64,000 bases of DNA. Source: an uncultured Defluviitaleaceae bacterium. Lineage in GTDB: Bacteria; Bacillota; Clostridia; Lachnospirales; WRBF01. The notes below the pieces were generated by a model. The model saw only the letters and a list, made by a program, of their open reading frames with translations, searched no databases and was not told the origin of the DNA. How positions within the stretch are numbered: the first letter of the stretch is position 1; every line of letters starts with the position of its first letter. Shown here in pieces: positions 19,615-30,148 of the stretch. The translations under genes and the position numbers were made by a program. The stretch covers positions 18,213 through 82,212 of the forward strand of contig CAZHPA010000005.1 of assembly GCA_964533945.1 (NCBI GenBank), written 5' to 3'.

Positions 19615-20418
19615 TTGGAATCTAAGTTTTTAAAACTTAAAGAAACATTAATGTCGTTTGAAAAAATTGCAATAGCTTTTTCAGGCGGCGTTGATTCAAC
19701 GTTTCTGCTAAAAGTTGCACATAACGTTTTAGGTAACAATGCTATAGCCATAACAATTAAAAGCGTAAACAATCCAAAAAGAGAGCTTGAAGAAGCTATA
19801 CAGTTTACAAAACAACATAATATTGAATTAATTATCTTAGAAGCCAATACTTTAAGCATTCCAGAATTTTCAAAAAACCCCAAAAACAGATGCTATTTAT
19901 GCAAGAAGCAGCTTTTAAGTCAAATTATTGAAGTAGCAAATCAAAAAGGAATAAATGTTGTTGCAGAAGGTTCAAATGCTGATGATAGCCTGGAATATAG
20001 ACCGGGGTCTGTTGCAATTTCGGAACTTAATGTTAAAAGCCCTTTAAAAGATGTTGGTTTAACAAAAGACGAAATACGCATTCTTTCAAAACAGCTTAAT
20101 TTAAAAACTGCAGACAAGCCTTCCTTTGCGTGTTTAGTAACAAGAATACCATATAATGAAGAAATTACGGTTGAAAAACTTCAAATGATTGAGCAAGCCG
20201 AGCAAATTATGTTTAATTTAGGGTTTAAGCAATTGCGTGTTAGGCATCATGGAAATATTGCAAGAATTGAGGTTTCTAAAAATAACTTAAATAGTTTTGA
20301 AGAAGTTTTTAAAGAGTCTTTAAGAAGCGAAATTTATAACAGCTTTAAAAAAATTGGCTTTGAATTTGTATGTATTGATTTATTAGGATATAGAACAGGG
20401 AGTTTTGACACAAAATGA
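19615..20418 (+). CDS. larE: LarE-type PP-loop ATP-dependent sulfur transferase
   Basis: AIAFSGGVDSTFLL PP-loop, SFACLVTRIPY; TTG start 3 nt after the trpB2 stop. Confidence 0.75.
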   Translation: MESKFLKLKETLMSFEKIAIAFSGGVDSTFLLKVAHNVLGNNAIAITIKSVNNPKRELEEAIQFTKQHNIELIILEANTLSIPEFSKNPKNRCYLCKKQLLSQIIEVANQKGINVVAEGSNADDSLEYRPGSVAISELNVKSPLKDVGLTKDEIRILSKQLNLKTADKPSFACLVTRIPYNEEITVEKLQMIEQAEQIMFNLGFKQLRVRHHGNIARIEVSKNNLNSFEEVFKESLRSEIYNSFKKIGFEFVCIDLLGYRTGSFDTK

Positions 20419-21131
20419 GCACATTTTTACGCACAAAATTGCTTTTGGGGAAAGAAGCAACCGATAAACTTGAAAATTCAAAAGTTGCCGTTTTTGGCAT
20501 TGGGGGCGTTGGTTCGTTTGCTGCCGAAGCGCTTGCAAGAACAGGCGTTTTTAACATTTGGTTAATAGACAAGGATGTTGTTAGTATAACTAACATTAAT
20601 CGGCAATTGGTTGCCAACCATAACACTATAGGAATGAAAAAAGTTGATGTTATGAAGCAACGCATACTTGAAATAAACCCAGAAGCTTCTATTTGTGCAG
20701 TTCCTATTTTTTACGGTGAAGAAATAGCAGAAGATATAGATTTATCGCAATTTGACTACATTATAGATGCTATAGATACAGTTTCTTCAAAGTTAACACT
20801 TATTGAAAGAGCTAAAAAAGCTAATGTTAAAATAATTAGCAGCATGGGAGCAGGCAATAAGCTTGACCCAACTCAGCTTCTAGTTTCCGATATTTACAAA
20901 ACTTCTGTTTGTGCACTTGCCAAAGTTATGCGTAAAGAACTTAAAGCAAGAAACATTGAAAGTTTAAAAGTAGTATATTCAAAAGAGCAGGCTATTCCCA
21001 TTAAAGAAGAAGATGAAAACTATAATGACGAAAGCAACAACAAGCGTAAAATTATAGGAAGCGCCATATTTGTTCCTTCTGCTTTTGGTATTTGCATGGC
21101 AGCAGAAGTTGTTAAAGACTTAACCACTTAA
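20415..21131 (+). CDS. tcdA: tRNA threonylcarbamoyladenosine dehydratase (ThiF/E1-like)
   Basis: VAVFGIGGVGSFAAEALARTG, NINRQ, DAIDTV, GAGNKLDPTQ closely follow the E. coli TcdA/CsdL pattern; ATGA overlap with larE. Confidence 0.8.
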   Translation: MSTFLRTKLLLGKEATDKLENSKVAVFGIGGVGSFAAEALARTGVFNIWLIDKDVVSITNINRQLVANHNTIGMKKVDVMKQRILEINPEASICAVPIFYGEEIAEDIDLSQFDYIIDAIDTVSSKLTLIERAKKANVKIISSMGAGNKLDPTQLLVSDIYKTSVCALAKVMRKELKARNIESLKVVYSKEQAIPIKEEDENYNDESNNKRKIIGSAIFVPSAFGICMAAEVVKDLTT

Positions 21132-21296
21132 CCAAAAAGCTATATTAGCTGGGGGTGTTATAAAATTTATAAAGAAAATGTATTAAAGTTTATTATTATA
21201 ATACCTATTATTGCAATTTCTATAAGATTTCCTATTTTCTTTTTACTCCTTTTTATATATTTAGTTGTATTATTTCTAGGTTCTATTTTAGCCTTT

Positions 21297-21953
21297 ATGG
21301 GCAATTACCAATTTGCGCTTGGCAATGCAAACAAAGCCATTGCCCTTTATAAGTTAGCAATATCTAAAAACACCAAAAATTCTGTTGCATATTTAAATTA
21401 TGCAATTATATTGGTTAAGGACGGCAACCCTAAAGAAGCGCTTTTGTATTTAGAAAAAGCCAGAAAATTTAATGGAGCCAAAAACGTAATTACAGCCAAA
21501 GGTATTGCTTTAACAATAGGTACTTGTTATTGGGTTATGGGAGAAATTGACAAAGCTATTGGGGAACTTGAAAACCTTAAAGCTAAATATGAATATGTTA
21601 ACCACCATGTTTTAACAACGCTTGGGTATTTATATATCGTTAAAGGAGATTTAGAAAAAGCTTTACAATATACGAACGAAGCTATAGAAGACACACCTAA
21701 TTCGGGTTCTGCGTTTGATAATTTAGGTCAAATTTTCCTCTTAAAAGGCGAACAGGATAAAGCTAGGGAAGCATTTTTAAAAGCTGTTGAATTTAATAAA
21801 GATTTAGTAGACAGCTACTACTATTTAGGGATAATTGCAGAAGAACAAAGCAATAAGCAAGAAGCCAAAAGCTATTTTGAAAAGGCTGCTGCTTGCAGTA
21901 TTACATCACTTAATACGGTTACAAAAGAACAAATTTTAGAAAAACTAGCTTAA
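21297..21953 (+). CDS. tetratricopeptide-repeat protein (possibly longer at N-terminus)
   Basis: Repeated A..YL..A....G....A pattern. The in-frame region 21150-21296 is stop-free and hydrophobic. Confidence 0.7.
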   Translation: MGNYQFALGNANKAIALYKLAISKNTKNSVAYLNYAIILVKDGNPKEALLYLEKARKFNGAKNVITAKGIALTIGTCYWVMGEIDKAIGELENLKAKYEYVNHHVLTTLGYLYIVKGDLEKALQYTNEAIEDTPNSGSAFDNLGQIFLLKGEQDKAREAFLKAVEFNKDLVDSYYYLGIIAEEQSNKQEAKSYFEKAAACSITSLNTVTKEQILEKLA

Positions 21954-22006
21954 AAACTTTAAGGAAAGGAAAAGCTGCAAAATATATTTTTGTAGCAATT
22001 TAACAA

Positions 22007-24217
22007 ATGAAAAGCGTTGTATTAGCGGAAAAACCATCTGTTGGACGTGACATTGCAAGAGTTTTAAATTGCAAGCAAAAAGGAAACGGATATTTAGAAG
22101 GCGACAAATATATTGTAACATGGGCGCTTGGGCATCTTGTGACGCTTGCAACGCCTGAACAATACGATAAAAAATATAAAACATGGAATATAGACGATTT
22201 GCCTATTATTCCTGAAAAGATGAAGCTTGTTGTAATTAAAGAAACAGGCGGGCAATATAAAGCTGTTAGAGAGCAACTATGCAGAAAAGACGTAAACCAG
22301 ATTATAATTGCAACAGATGCCGGAAGAGAAGGAGAACTTGTTGCACGCTGGATTATTGAAATGTCGGGGGTTAGAAAACCAATTAAGCGGCTTTGGATTT
22401 CATCCGTTACCGACAAAGCTATTAAAGAAGGATTTAGCAGTTTAAAAGATGGCAAGCTTTACGAAGGATTGTACAATTCTGCCGTGTCTCGTTCGGAGGC
22501 AGATTGGATTGTTGGAATGAACGCTTCCCGTGCATTAACTTGCAAATATAACGCACAGCTTTCATGTGGTAGAGTTCAAACACCAACGCTTGCAATTATT
22601 GCACATAGAGAGCAGGAAATTAGAAACTTTGTGCCTAAGCCATATTATGGAATAACGGCAAGTGCAGCTTCTGGTCAAGGAAGTTTGAAGCTAACTTGGC
22701 AAGATTCAAAAACAAATTCAACCCGCTGTTTCGATAAGCAGCAAGCAGACAGCATTTTTGAAAGTGTTAAAGGTAAAAACGGAACAATTGTAGAAGTTAA
22801 TAAAGCTATGAAAAAGAAATATGCCCCAAAACTATACGATTTAACTGAATTACAGCGTGATGCCAACAAGTTATATAATTTTTCGGCAAAAGATACATTA
22901 TCATATATGCAGTCTTTGTATGAAAGACATAAAGTTTTAACATATCCTCGTACAGATTCACGCTATATTTCAACAGACATTGTACCTACGCTTAAAGACA
23001 GAGTTCGTGCTTGTGGAGTTGGTTCATTTTCTAAGTTTTGTCATAAAATATTGCAAAAACCAATTATAGGAAACAATACATTTGTTGATAACGCCAAAGT
23101 TTCAGACCACCATGCAATTATACCAACAGAACAAACAGTTATATTATCCGATTTTTCGGCAAGTGAACGAAAAATATATGAACTTGTTGTTAAAAGATTT
23201 TTAGCCGTGCTTATGCCGCCTTTTGAATACGAGCAAACTACAATTAAAGCAAAAATTGGAAACGAAACTTTTTATGCTAAAGGTAAAATTGTTAAGTCGC
23301 TAGGTTTTAAAGAAATATACGGCTCAAATGCAATAGCGGAAGATGATGACGAAAACGACGACGATATTTCAGAGCAAAACTTGCCTAACGTTAAAAAAGG
23401 CGAACAACTAAAAATAACAAATTTAACACAAACTCAAGGCAAAACAAAACCGCCATCGCCGTTTAATGAAGCAACGCTTCTTTCGGCTATGGAAAACCCT
23501 GCTGCATATATGAAAACTTCCGACAAGGCATTAATTAAAACAATCGGTGAAACAGGCGGCCTAGGAACTGTTGCAACACGAGCCGATATTATAGAAAAGC
23601 TTTTTAATTCATTTTGCATTGAAAAAAGCGGCAAAAACATTAACATAACATCAAAAGGAAAACAACTTTTGGAACTTGTGCCTAAAGAATTAAAATCCCC
23701 AGAACTAACGGCAAAATGGGAACAAACTCTTGGGGCAATTGCTAAAAATAATGTTGATAAAAAACAATTTTTAGGTGAAATGAAAAACTATACAATTAAT
23801 ATTGTTAGTACAATTGCTAAAAGTTCGGAAATTTATAAGCATGACAACATAACTATGGAACGCTGTCCTGAATGCGGAAAATTTATGCTTGATGTAAACG
23901 GCAAAAACGGCAAAATGCTAGTTTGCCAAAACAGAGATTGCGGACATAGGAAAGTTGTTGCAACAATAAGTAATGCACGTTGTCCAAATTGCCACAAAAA
24001 GCTTACCATAAAAGGCAAAGGGGAAACGCAAACTTTTGTTTGCCCTTGCGGATTTAGCGAAAAAATGTCTGCATTTAAAAAACGCCGAGAAGCGGAAGGC
24101 GACAAAGCTTCTAAGAAAGACGTTTCAAAAATTATTAATCAAATTAACAAAGAAAATGATAAAGCTGGATTTAACAATGCATTTGCTAAAGCTTTTAAAG
24201 ATTTAGGGTTAAAATAA
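22007..24217 (+). CDS. topB: DNA topoisomerase III with C-terminal zinc ribbons
   Basis: MKSVVLAEKPSVGRDIA toprim start, TYPRTDSRY active-site Tyr motif, CPECG/CPNC fingers. Confidence 0.9.
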   Translation: MKSVVLAEKPSVGRDIARVLNCKQKGNGYLEGDKYIVTWALGHLVTLATPEQYDKKYKTWNIDDLPIIPEKMKLVVIKETGGQYKAVREQLCRKDVNQIIIATDAGREGELVARWIIEMSGVRKPIKRLWISSVTDKAIKEGFSSLKDGKLYEGLYNSAVSRSEADWIVGMNASRALTCKYNAQLSCGRVQTPTLAIIAHREQEIRNFVPKPYYGITASAASGQGSLKLTWQDSKTNSTRCFDKQQADSIFESVKGKNGTIVEVNKAMKKKYAPKLYDLTELQRDANKLYNFSAKDTLSYMQSLYERHKVLTYPRTDSRYISTDIVPTLKDRVRACGVGSFSKFCHKILQKPIIGNNTFVDNAKVSDHHAIIPTEQTVILSDFSASERKIYELVVKRFLAVLMPPFEYEQTTIKAKIGNETFYAKGKIVKSLGFKEIYGSNAIAEDDDENDDDISEQNLPNVKKGEQLKITNLTQTQGKTKPPSPFNEATLLSAMENPAAYMKTSDKALIKTIGETGGLGTVATRADIIEKLFNSFCIEKSGKNINITSKGKQLLELVPKELKSPELTAKWEQTLGAIAKNNVDKKQFLGEMKNYTINIVSTIAKSSEIYKHDNITMERCPECGKFMLDVNGKNGKMLVCQNRDCGHRKVVATISNARCPNCHKKLTIKGKGETQTFVCPCGFSEKMSAFKKRREAEGDKASKKDVSKIINQINKENDKAGFNNAFAKAFKDLGLK

Positions 24218-24254
24218 CAACAAGCCGCCCGGTTAGTTTCGGACGGCTTGTTTA

Positions 24255-26483
24255 TTAATTTTTAGGAAATAATTTTTCAAATTCTGAAATAGGTATTGGT
24301 TTTGAATATAAATAACCTTGCGCCATATCGCATTCTAAAGATTTTAAAAGGCTTGCTTGTGGCAATGTTTCAACGCCTTCTGTAACAACTGTCATTTGAA
24401 GTTCTTTTGCTAACCTAATCATATTAGCCAAAACTGTTTGACCTCTTTCATCATCTTCTGTTTTATTTAAAAATTCTTTATCTATTTTAAGTACACTTGC
24501 AGGTATTTGTTTAAGGAAATTAAGCGATGAATACCCAGAGCCAAAGTCATCAATTGAAATACCAAAGCCCAAACTTAAAAGTTTGTTGGTAATTTGTAAA
24601 AGCGACTCCATATCTTCTTGAAATGTTGTTTCTGTCAGTTCAATCTCAATTGCATTGGGCGGAATGTTGTATTTTTTAACAATATCGTGAACAATGTTTA
24701 CGTAATTTGGAGAGTTCATAAGCACTTTAGATTGATTTACAGAAATTGGTACAATATCAACGCCATCATCTAACAACTTTCTTTGAAGCTTACATGCCTC
24801 CTCAAGCACAAATAAATCTATTTCAACTATAAACCCATTTCTTTCAAAAAGAGGAATAAAATTTGCAGGAGCGATAATGCCTTTGGTTGGGTGTATCCAG
24901 CGAACCAATGCCTCTGCTCCTTCTATTTTTTCGCTTGAAAGCCCAAACTTTGGCTGCATATACACAACAAATTCGCTATTTGAAAGTGCTTGATGCATAG
25001 AGTTTTCAATTTCATTTGCTTTTAATGCATCTTCCCTTATTCTATCATCGTACATAGTTAAAGTTTGTTTTCCGCTTTTTTTAGAAACTTTTTGCGCCAT
25101 GGTTGCTTTCTCTAAAAGTACTGCAATATTATCAGTACCGTTCCATTTGCTAACCCCAATTGAAAGATGTATTTTTTGATTAGCAATTACGTTTTTATTC
25201 ATTTCATGGAATGTTTTTAAAAAAATTCCACCACGTCTTAAAATTTCATCTTCTCCATTGTATTGTATCATAACAACAAAATTATCATTGGAACTTCTTG
25301 AAAAAATTTCTTCCTGTGCTAAACTCGAAGATACTGACTTTGCTAAATTAATTAAAACTTTATCTCCAATTTTGAATCCAAAAATATCATTTACTAGTTT
25401 AAAATTAATAATATCAAATTTAATAACAGCAAAATTGCAATCTTTATGTTTTTTAAGCATTTCTTCTGCATCAATTTTAAATTTGGCTAAATTTTTAGCG
25501 CCTGTAAGCTCATCATAATAAGCAAGCTTTTCAATTTGTTTTCTGTTATTTTTTTCCATAAACAATATTTTAATAAAAACAATAATACTTAAACTGGCAA
25601 TTAAAACAAGAATCATAATCATTGAATTTCCAGTGCTTTTTTGGTTTGATGAAATACTGTAGTTTGGTATTGCACATAGCAAGTACCAATCGTTAATTCC
25701 TTCTAAAGGTGTGTAACTAACAATTTTAGTTTCTCCTTTAAACGAAAAGCTAATTACACCGGATTTTTTATGAGCAAAATCTGTTTTTAACTTAATTGCA
25801 AGCCCTGGGTCTTTGCTTTCAAATTCAATTTTTTCAAAATATGTTCCTTCAAACTCTTTTGTGTCGCTGTAGTTTGAATGAACTAAAACTTCACCGTTGC
25901 TTGTAGCTATAAACGAATGCCCCTTTCCGTCGTAAAAATTGTTTGTAAGCTTATCAAGCACCGTATCTAAATATCTTGAACCAACGATACCATAATGCAT
26001 TGTTCCGTGCAAAGGAACAGGTGCTGAAAAAGCTATAATTTCAGTTGAGCCTGATGTATCTTCCGTTGGTTTTGAAATAGCAGGCTCCATACTAACATTT
26101 TTTTTATATGTGTAAGAGCCATATATGTTGCCAAAAATGTCGTCTGTTGTAGTTAAATTTCCTTGTAAATCGTAATATGAAAAGCGCAAATAGTTATTTT
26201 TGCTTGCAAAAAACTTTAAGAATTGCAAAATTTCTTCTTTACTTTTTACTTGATTTGACAGGCTATATGAAACTGCCACAACTTCTTCAAGACTTCTTTG
26301 CAGTTCTGATTGTATTAATGCTGCAACGTGAATTGTTTCATTTGTTATTCTGTCAACAATTTCATTATATAAATTTCTTTTAATTCTGTCTAAATAAAAA
26401 ATGCAAGCGATTATAAAAGCTAAAACAACGACTCCTATTAATAAAATGCTATTCCATTTTTTCAGTGCATGAAATTTATGCAT
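24255..26483 (-). CDS. membrane sensor protein: Cache-like periplasmic domain, degenerate GGDEF domain, intact EAL phosphodiesterase domain
   Basis: Two TM segments. SRSSNDNFVVM stands in place of the GGDEF motif. EALVRW, DDFGSGYSSL, KIDKEF and EGVET motifs are present. Confidence 0.85.
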   Translation of the reverse strand: MHKFHALKKWNSILLIGVVVLAFIIACIFYLDRIKRNLYNEIVDRITNETIHVAALIQSELQRSLEEVVAVSYSLSNQVKSKEEILQFLKFFASKNNYLRFSYYDLQGNLTTTDDIFGNIYGSYTYKKNVSMEPAISKPTEDTSGSTEIIAFSAPVPLHGTMHYGIVGSRYLDTVLDKLTNNFYDGKGHSFIATSNGEVLVHSNYSDTKEFEGTYFEKIEFESKDPGLAIKLKTDFAHKKSGVISFSFKGETKIVSYTPLEGINDWYLLCAIPNYSISSNQKSTGNSMIMILVLIASLSIIVFIKILFMEKNNRKQIEKLAYYDELTGAKNLAKFKIDAEEMLKKHKDCNFAVIKFDIINFKLVNDIFGFKIGDKVLINLAKSVSSSLAQEEIFSRSSNDNFVVMIQYNGEDEILRRGGIFLKTFHEMNKNVIANQKIHLSIGVSKWNGTDNIAVLLEKATMAQKVSKKSGKQTLTMYDDRIREDALKANEIENSMHQALSNSEFVVYMQPKFGLSSEKIEGAEALVRWIHPTKGIIAPANFIPLFERNGFIVEIDLFVLEEACKLQRKLLDDGVDIVPISVNQSKVLMNSPNYVNIVHDIVKKYNIPPNAIEIELTETTFQEDMESLLQITNKLLSLGFGISIDDFGSGYSSLNFLKQIPASVLKIDKEFLNKTEDDERGQTVLANMIRLAKELQMTVVTEGVETLPQASLLKSLECDMAQGYLYSKPIPISEFEKLFPKN

Positions 26484-26648
26484 TAAAAAAACTCCTTAAA
26501 ATTTAAAATCCATATTATGATACAACAAAAAATCTTATTTGTCTATTATAATTTTCCTCTTTTAATTTAGGTTAAAATAGTATAAAATGAATAAAGGGCA
26601 TACAAAAGCTACATACTAAATAGTTAAAATATATAAGGGGTGTTTTTT

Positions 26649-27740
26649 ATGGTTTCGTATCAAATTTTACAAAACACAATTGAGGGGCTTAAAAATATTA
26701 CAAGACACGAAATATCTGTTGTTGAAAGAGAAGGAAAAGTAATTGCAAGCACGGAAGAAGAAATGATTGGGAAAGAAATTGATGGGCTAAATGGCTTTTT
26801 AATTTCTCAAGCCGAAAGCCAAAGTAGTTTGGGCTACCAATACTTTAAAGTGTTTGACAACGGCATTGTTGAATATGTCATTTTAATAAAAGGGGTTGAA
26901 GAAGAATCATATTTAATCGGGCGAATTACTTCTTTCCAAATTCAAAGCTTGCTCGTTGCATATAAAGAACGCTACGATAAGGACAATTTCATTAAAAACT
27001 TGCTTTTAGACAATTTGCTTTTAGTTGATATATATAATAGAGCTAAAAAGCTTCATGTTGAAAATAACGTTAGAAGAGTTGTTTATTTAATTGAGGCGGA
27101 AATAGACAGAGAATTAAATGCTGTTGAAATTGTTAGAAACATTTTCCCAACAAGGCTTAAAGATTTTGTAACTGCAGTTGACGAAAGAAGCATAATTTTA
27201 GTTAAAGAACTTAGAGATAAAGACGACGACGAAGCTATTGAATCTATAGCAAAAACAATTTACGATACATTAAGTGTTGAAGCTATGTGCAGCGTTCATG
27301 TTGCAATTGGAACGGTTGTTATGGATTTAAAAAATGTTAGCGCTTCATATAAAGAAGCTAAAATGGCACTTGAAGTTGGAAAAATATTTGAAGCAAGCAA
27401 AAATATTGTAAATTACAAGCAATTGGGAATAGGTAGGTTAATATACCAACTTCCAACCCCTCTTTGCAAAATGTTTGTAAATGAAGTTTTGCATGGCATT
27501 TCATTAAGCCAATTTGACGACGAAATATTTACAACAGCAAATAAATTTTTTGAAAACAATTTAAATGTTTCTGAAACGTCACGTCAATTATATATTCACC
27601 GCAACACGCTAGTTTACAGGCTTGATAAGCTTCAAAAAATGACAGGGCTTGACCTTAGAAACTTTGATGATGCAATAACTTTTAAAATTACATTAATGGT
27701 TAGTAAATATATGGAATATAAAGATAAATTTATGTTCTAA
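26649..27740 (+). CDS. PucR/CdaR-family transcriptional regulator
   Basis: ATG 26649 after AAGGGG; C-terminal HTH ETSRQLYIHRNTLVYRLDKL. Confidence 0.8.
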   Translation: MVSYQILQNTIEGLKNITRHEISVVEREGKVIASTEEEMIGKEIDGLNGFLISQAESQSSLGYQYFKVFDNGIVEYVILIKGVEEESYLIGRITSFQIQSLLVAYKERYDKDNFIKNLLLDNLLLVDIYNRAKKLHVENNVRRVVYLIEAEIDRELNAVEIVRNIFPTRLKDFVTAVDERSIILVKELRDKDDDEAIESIAKTIYDTLSVEAMCSVHVAIGTVVMDLKNVSASYKEAKMALEVGKIFEASKNIVNYKQLGIGRLIYQLPTPLCKMFVNEVLHGISLSQFDDEIFTTANKFFENNLNVSETSRQLYIHRNTLVYRLDKLQKMTGLDLRNFDDAITFKITLMVSKYMEYKDKFMF

Positions 27741-28012
27741 TTGCCCAACAACAAATTTATTTATGCAAAATGGCTAAATTAAATGCTTTTTGCCTTACAA
27801 AGCATAGCATAAAGCCTATTGTTTTTAATTGCAATAAATAAAATTAACATATTGTATCTAAAAAAATATAAAATTCTGCTTGAATTGTACAAAGGTTTGT
27901 GATATTTTAAATTTAGGGGTTTTAAACAAACCTTTAAAAGCTTCAAACATTTTTGTTAGCTATAGACAAAGTTTTTGCTTGCTTAAAACTATTTCGTCAG
28001 GAGGTTTTTAAT

Positions 28013-30091
28013 ATGAAAAGTTATTCTGCAAAAGAAATTCGCAACGTTGCCGTTTTAGGACATAGCGGCTGCGGCAAAACATCAATAATCGAGGCAGTGC
28101 TTAATGTTTGCGGACTTACAACAAGACTTGGAAAAGTTGAAGATGGCAATACAATAAGCGATTATGACCCCGAAGAAATTCGCAGAAAAGTTTCAATTAG
28201 TACATCAATTATACCTGTTGAGTGGTTGAACAATAAAATAAACTTTCTTGATACACCCGGCTATTTTGATTTTGTTGGAGAAGTTAAACAAGCGCTATCT
28301 GTTGCCGATTTGGCTTTAATTGTTGTTTCGGCAAAATCTGGAATTGAAGTTGGAACAGAAAAAGCGTGGGAATATGCGGAACAACTTGGCATTCCTAAAA
28401 TAATTTTTGTAAACGGAATGGACGATGAAAACGCCGATTTTGACAAAGTTGTAGAACAATTAAAATCAGTTTTTGGCAAAAGCATTGCCCCGTTGCAAGT
28501 TCCTTTCAAAGAAAACAACAAGTTTGTTGGCTATATTAACTCAATTAAAAAAGAAGGAAGAAGATTTGTTGGTGGTAAAAACGAGCCTTGTTCTGTTCCT
28601 CCTGGAATGGAAGATGCTGTTGATGAAGCACGCCTAATGATTGAAGAAGCTGTTGCAGAAACAGACGACGATTTAATGGAAAAATTCTTTAATGAAGAGC
28701 GCTTTACTGTTGATGAACTTAAGCAAGGGGTTGCAAGAGGCGTTTTGACTCGTGAAGTTAGCCCTGTTATATGTGGCTCTGCGGCACAAAACATTGGTAT
28801 GCGTGGACTTTTAAACAGCTTAATTGCATTTATGCCGCCTGCTTCTGAATTGCGTCCTTTGGTTTTGGCAAAAGACTTCAAAACAGGCGAGGAAATTGAA
28901 GTTAAATGTGACGAAAGTTCCCCTGTTTCTGCTTTTGTGTTTAAAACAATTGCAGACCCATATGTTGGGCGTTTAAGCTTATTTAGGGTAATTTCCGGCG
29001 TAATTAAAAAAGACACATTGCTTTTCAATCCACGACAAGAAAAAGACGAAAAACCGGGGCATATTTACATTATGCGAGGAAAAGAACAAATTGAAGTTAG
29101 CGAACTACGTGCAGGCGATATTGGAGCTGTTGCAAAGCTTCAAAGCGTTGGCACTCAAGATACACTTTGCTCTAAAGACAAGCCTGTTTTACTTAAAGAA
29201 ATAGAATTTCCGGAATCATTAATGTCTATGGCTATAGTTCCAAAAGGAAAAGGCGACGAAGATAAAATTAGTCAAGCCCTTTCAAAATTGCTTGAAGAAG
29301 ATAAAACCCTTAAATTTGAAGTTAATACAGAAACAAAGCAGTCTGTTGTTTCGGGAGTTGGCGATAACCAATTAGATGTTTTGGTTAACAAATTAAAAAC
29401 ACGCTATAAGCTAGATGTTGAATTACTTACGCCAATTGTTCCGTATCGTGAAGTTATTAAAGGCAAAGTTAAAGTTCAAGGCAAATACAAAAAGCAATCG
29501 GGTGGGCATGGGCAATACGGTGACGTTCATATGGAATTTGAGCCTTCCCACGATTTAACTACTCAATATATATTCGAGGAAAAAATATTTGGAGGAGCAG
29601 TTCCCCGTCAATATTTCCCCGCTGTTGAAAAAGGCATTCAAGAATGCGTTAAAGCAGGCCCACTTGCAGGCTATCCTGTTGTTGGCATAAAAACAACGCT
29701 TGTTGATGGCTCGTATCACCCTGTTGATTCTTCTGAAATGGCGTTTAAAATGGCGGCAACTCAAGCATTTAAAGATGCCTTTATGAAGGCAAAACCAGCA
29801 TTGTTAGAACCAATTGCAAAAGTTGAAGTAATTGTTCCCGATGATTACACAGGTGATATTATGGGCGACTTGAACAAAAGACGTGGTAGAATTTTGGGCA
29901 TGGACAAAGAAGGCAAAAAGCAAAAGATTTCAGCAGAAGTGCCTTTGGCAGAAATGTTTAAATATGCAACCGATTTGCGTTCTATAACTCAAGGCAGAGG
30001 AATGTTTACATTAAAGTTTGAACGTTATGATGAAGCACCAAATGACGTTCAACAAAAAGTTATTGAAGCAAGGAAAAAAGAATTGGCTTAG
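28013..30091 (+). CDS. elongation factor G paralog (EF-G-like GTPase)
   Basis: ATG 28013 after CAGGAGG; GHSGCGKT G1, DTPG G3, full five-domain length (692 aa). Confidence 0.85.
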   Translation: MKSYSAKEIRNVAVLGHSGCGKTSIIEAVLNVCGLTTRLGKVEDGNTISDYDPEEIRRKVSISTSIIPVEWLNNKINFLDTPGYFDFVGEVKQALSVADLALIVVSAKSGIEVGTEKAWEYAEQLGIPKIIFVNGMDDENADFDKVVEQLKSVFGKSIAPLQVPFKENNKFVGYINSIKKEGRRFVGGKNEPCSVPPGMEDAVDEARLMIEEAVAETDDDLMEKFFNEERFTVDELKQGVARGVLTREVSPVICGSAAQNIGMRGLLNSLIAFMPPASELRPLVLAKDFKTGEEIEVKCDESSPVSAFVFKTIADPYVGRLSLFRVISGVIKKDTLLFNPRQEKDEKPGHIYIMRGKEQIEVSELRAGDIGAVAKLQSVGTQDTLCSKDKPVLLKEIEFPESLMSMAIVPKGKGDEDKISQALSKLLEEDKTLKFEVNTETKQSVVSGVGDNQLDVLVNKLKTRYKLDVELLTPIVPYREVIKGKVKVQGKYKKQSGGHGQYGDVHMEFEPSHDLTTQYIFEEKIFGGAVPRQYFPAVEKGIQECVKAGPLAGYPVVGIKTTLVDGSYHPVDSSEMAFKMAATQAFKDAFMKAKPALLEPIAKVEVIVPDDYTGDIMGDLNKRRGRILGMDKEGKKQKISAEVPLAEMFKYATDLRSITQGRGMFTLKFERYDEAPNDVQQKVIEARKKELA

Positions 30092-30148
30092 AAAAACGGG
30101 CGGCGGTCAAAAACTTAAAATTAAGTTAATGCCGCCCATTTATAATGT

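Noticed and set aside
27893-27936. 10-bp perfect inverted repeat aaaggtttgt...acaaaccttt upstream of the EF-G paralog
   Set aside because: It could be an operator overlapping the promoter, but it is a single occurrence with no cognate regulator identifiable. Too weak to report as a finding.
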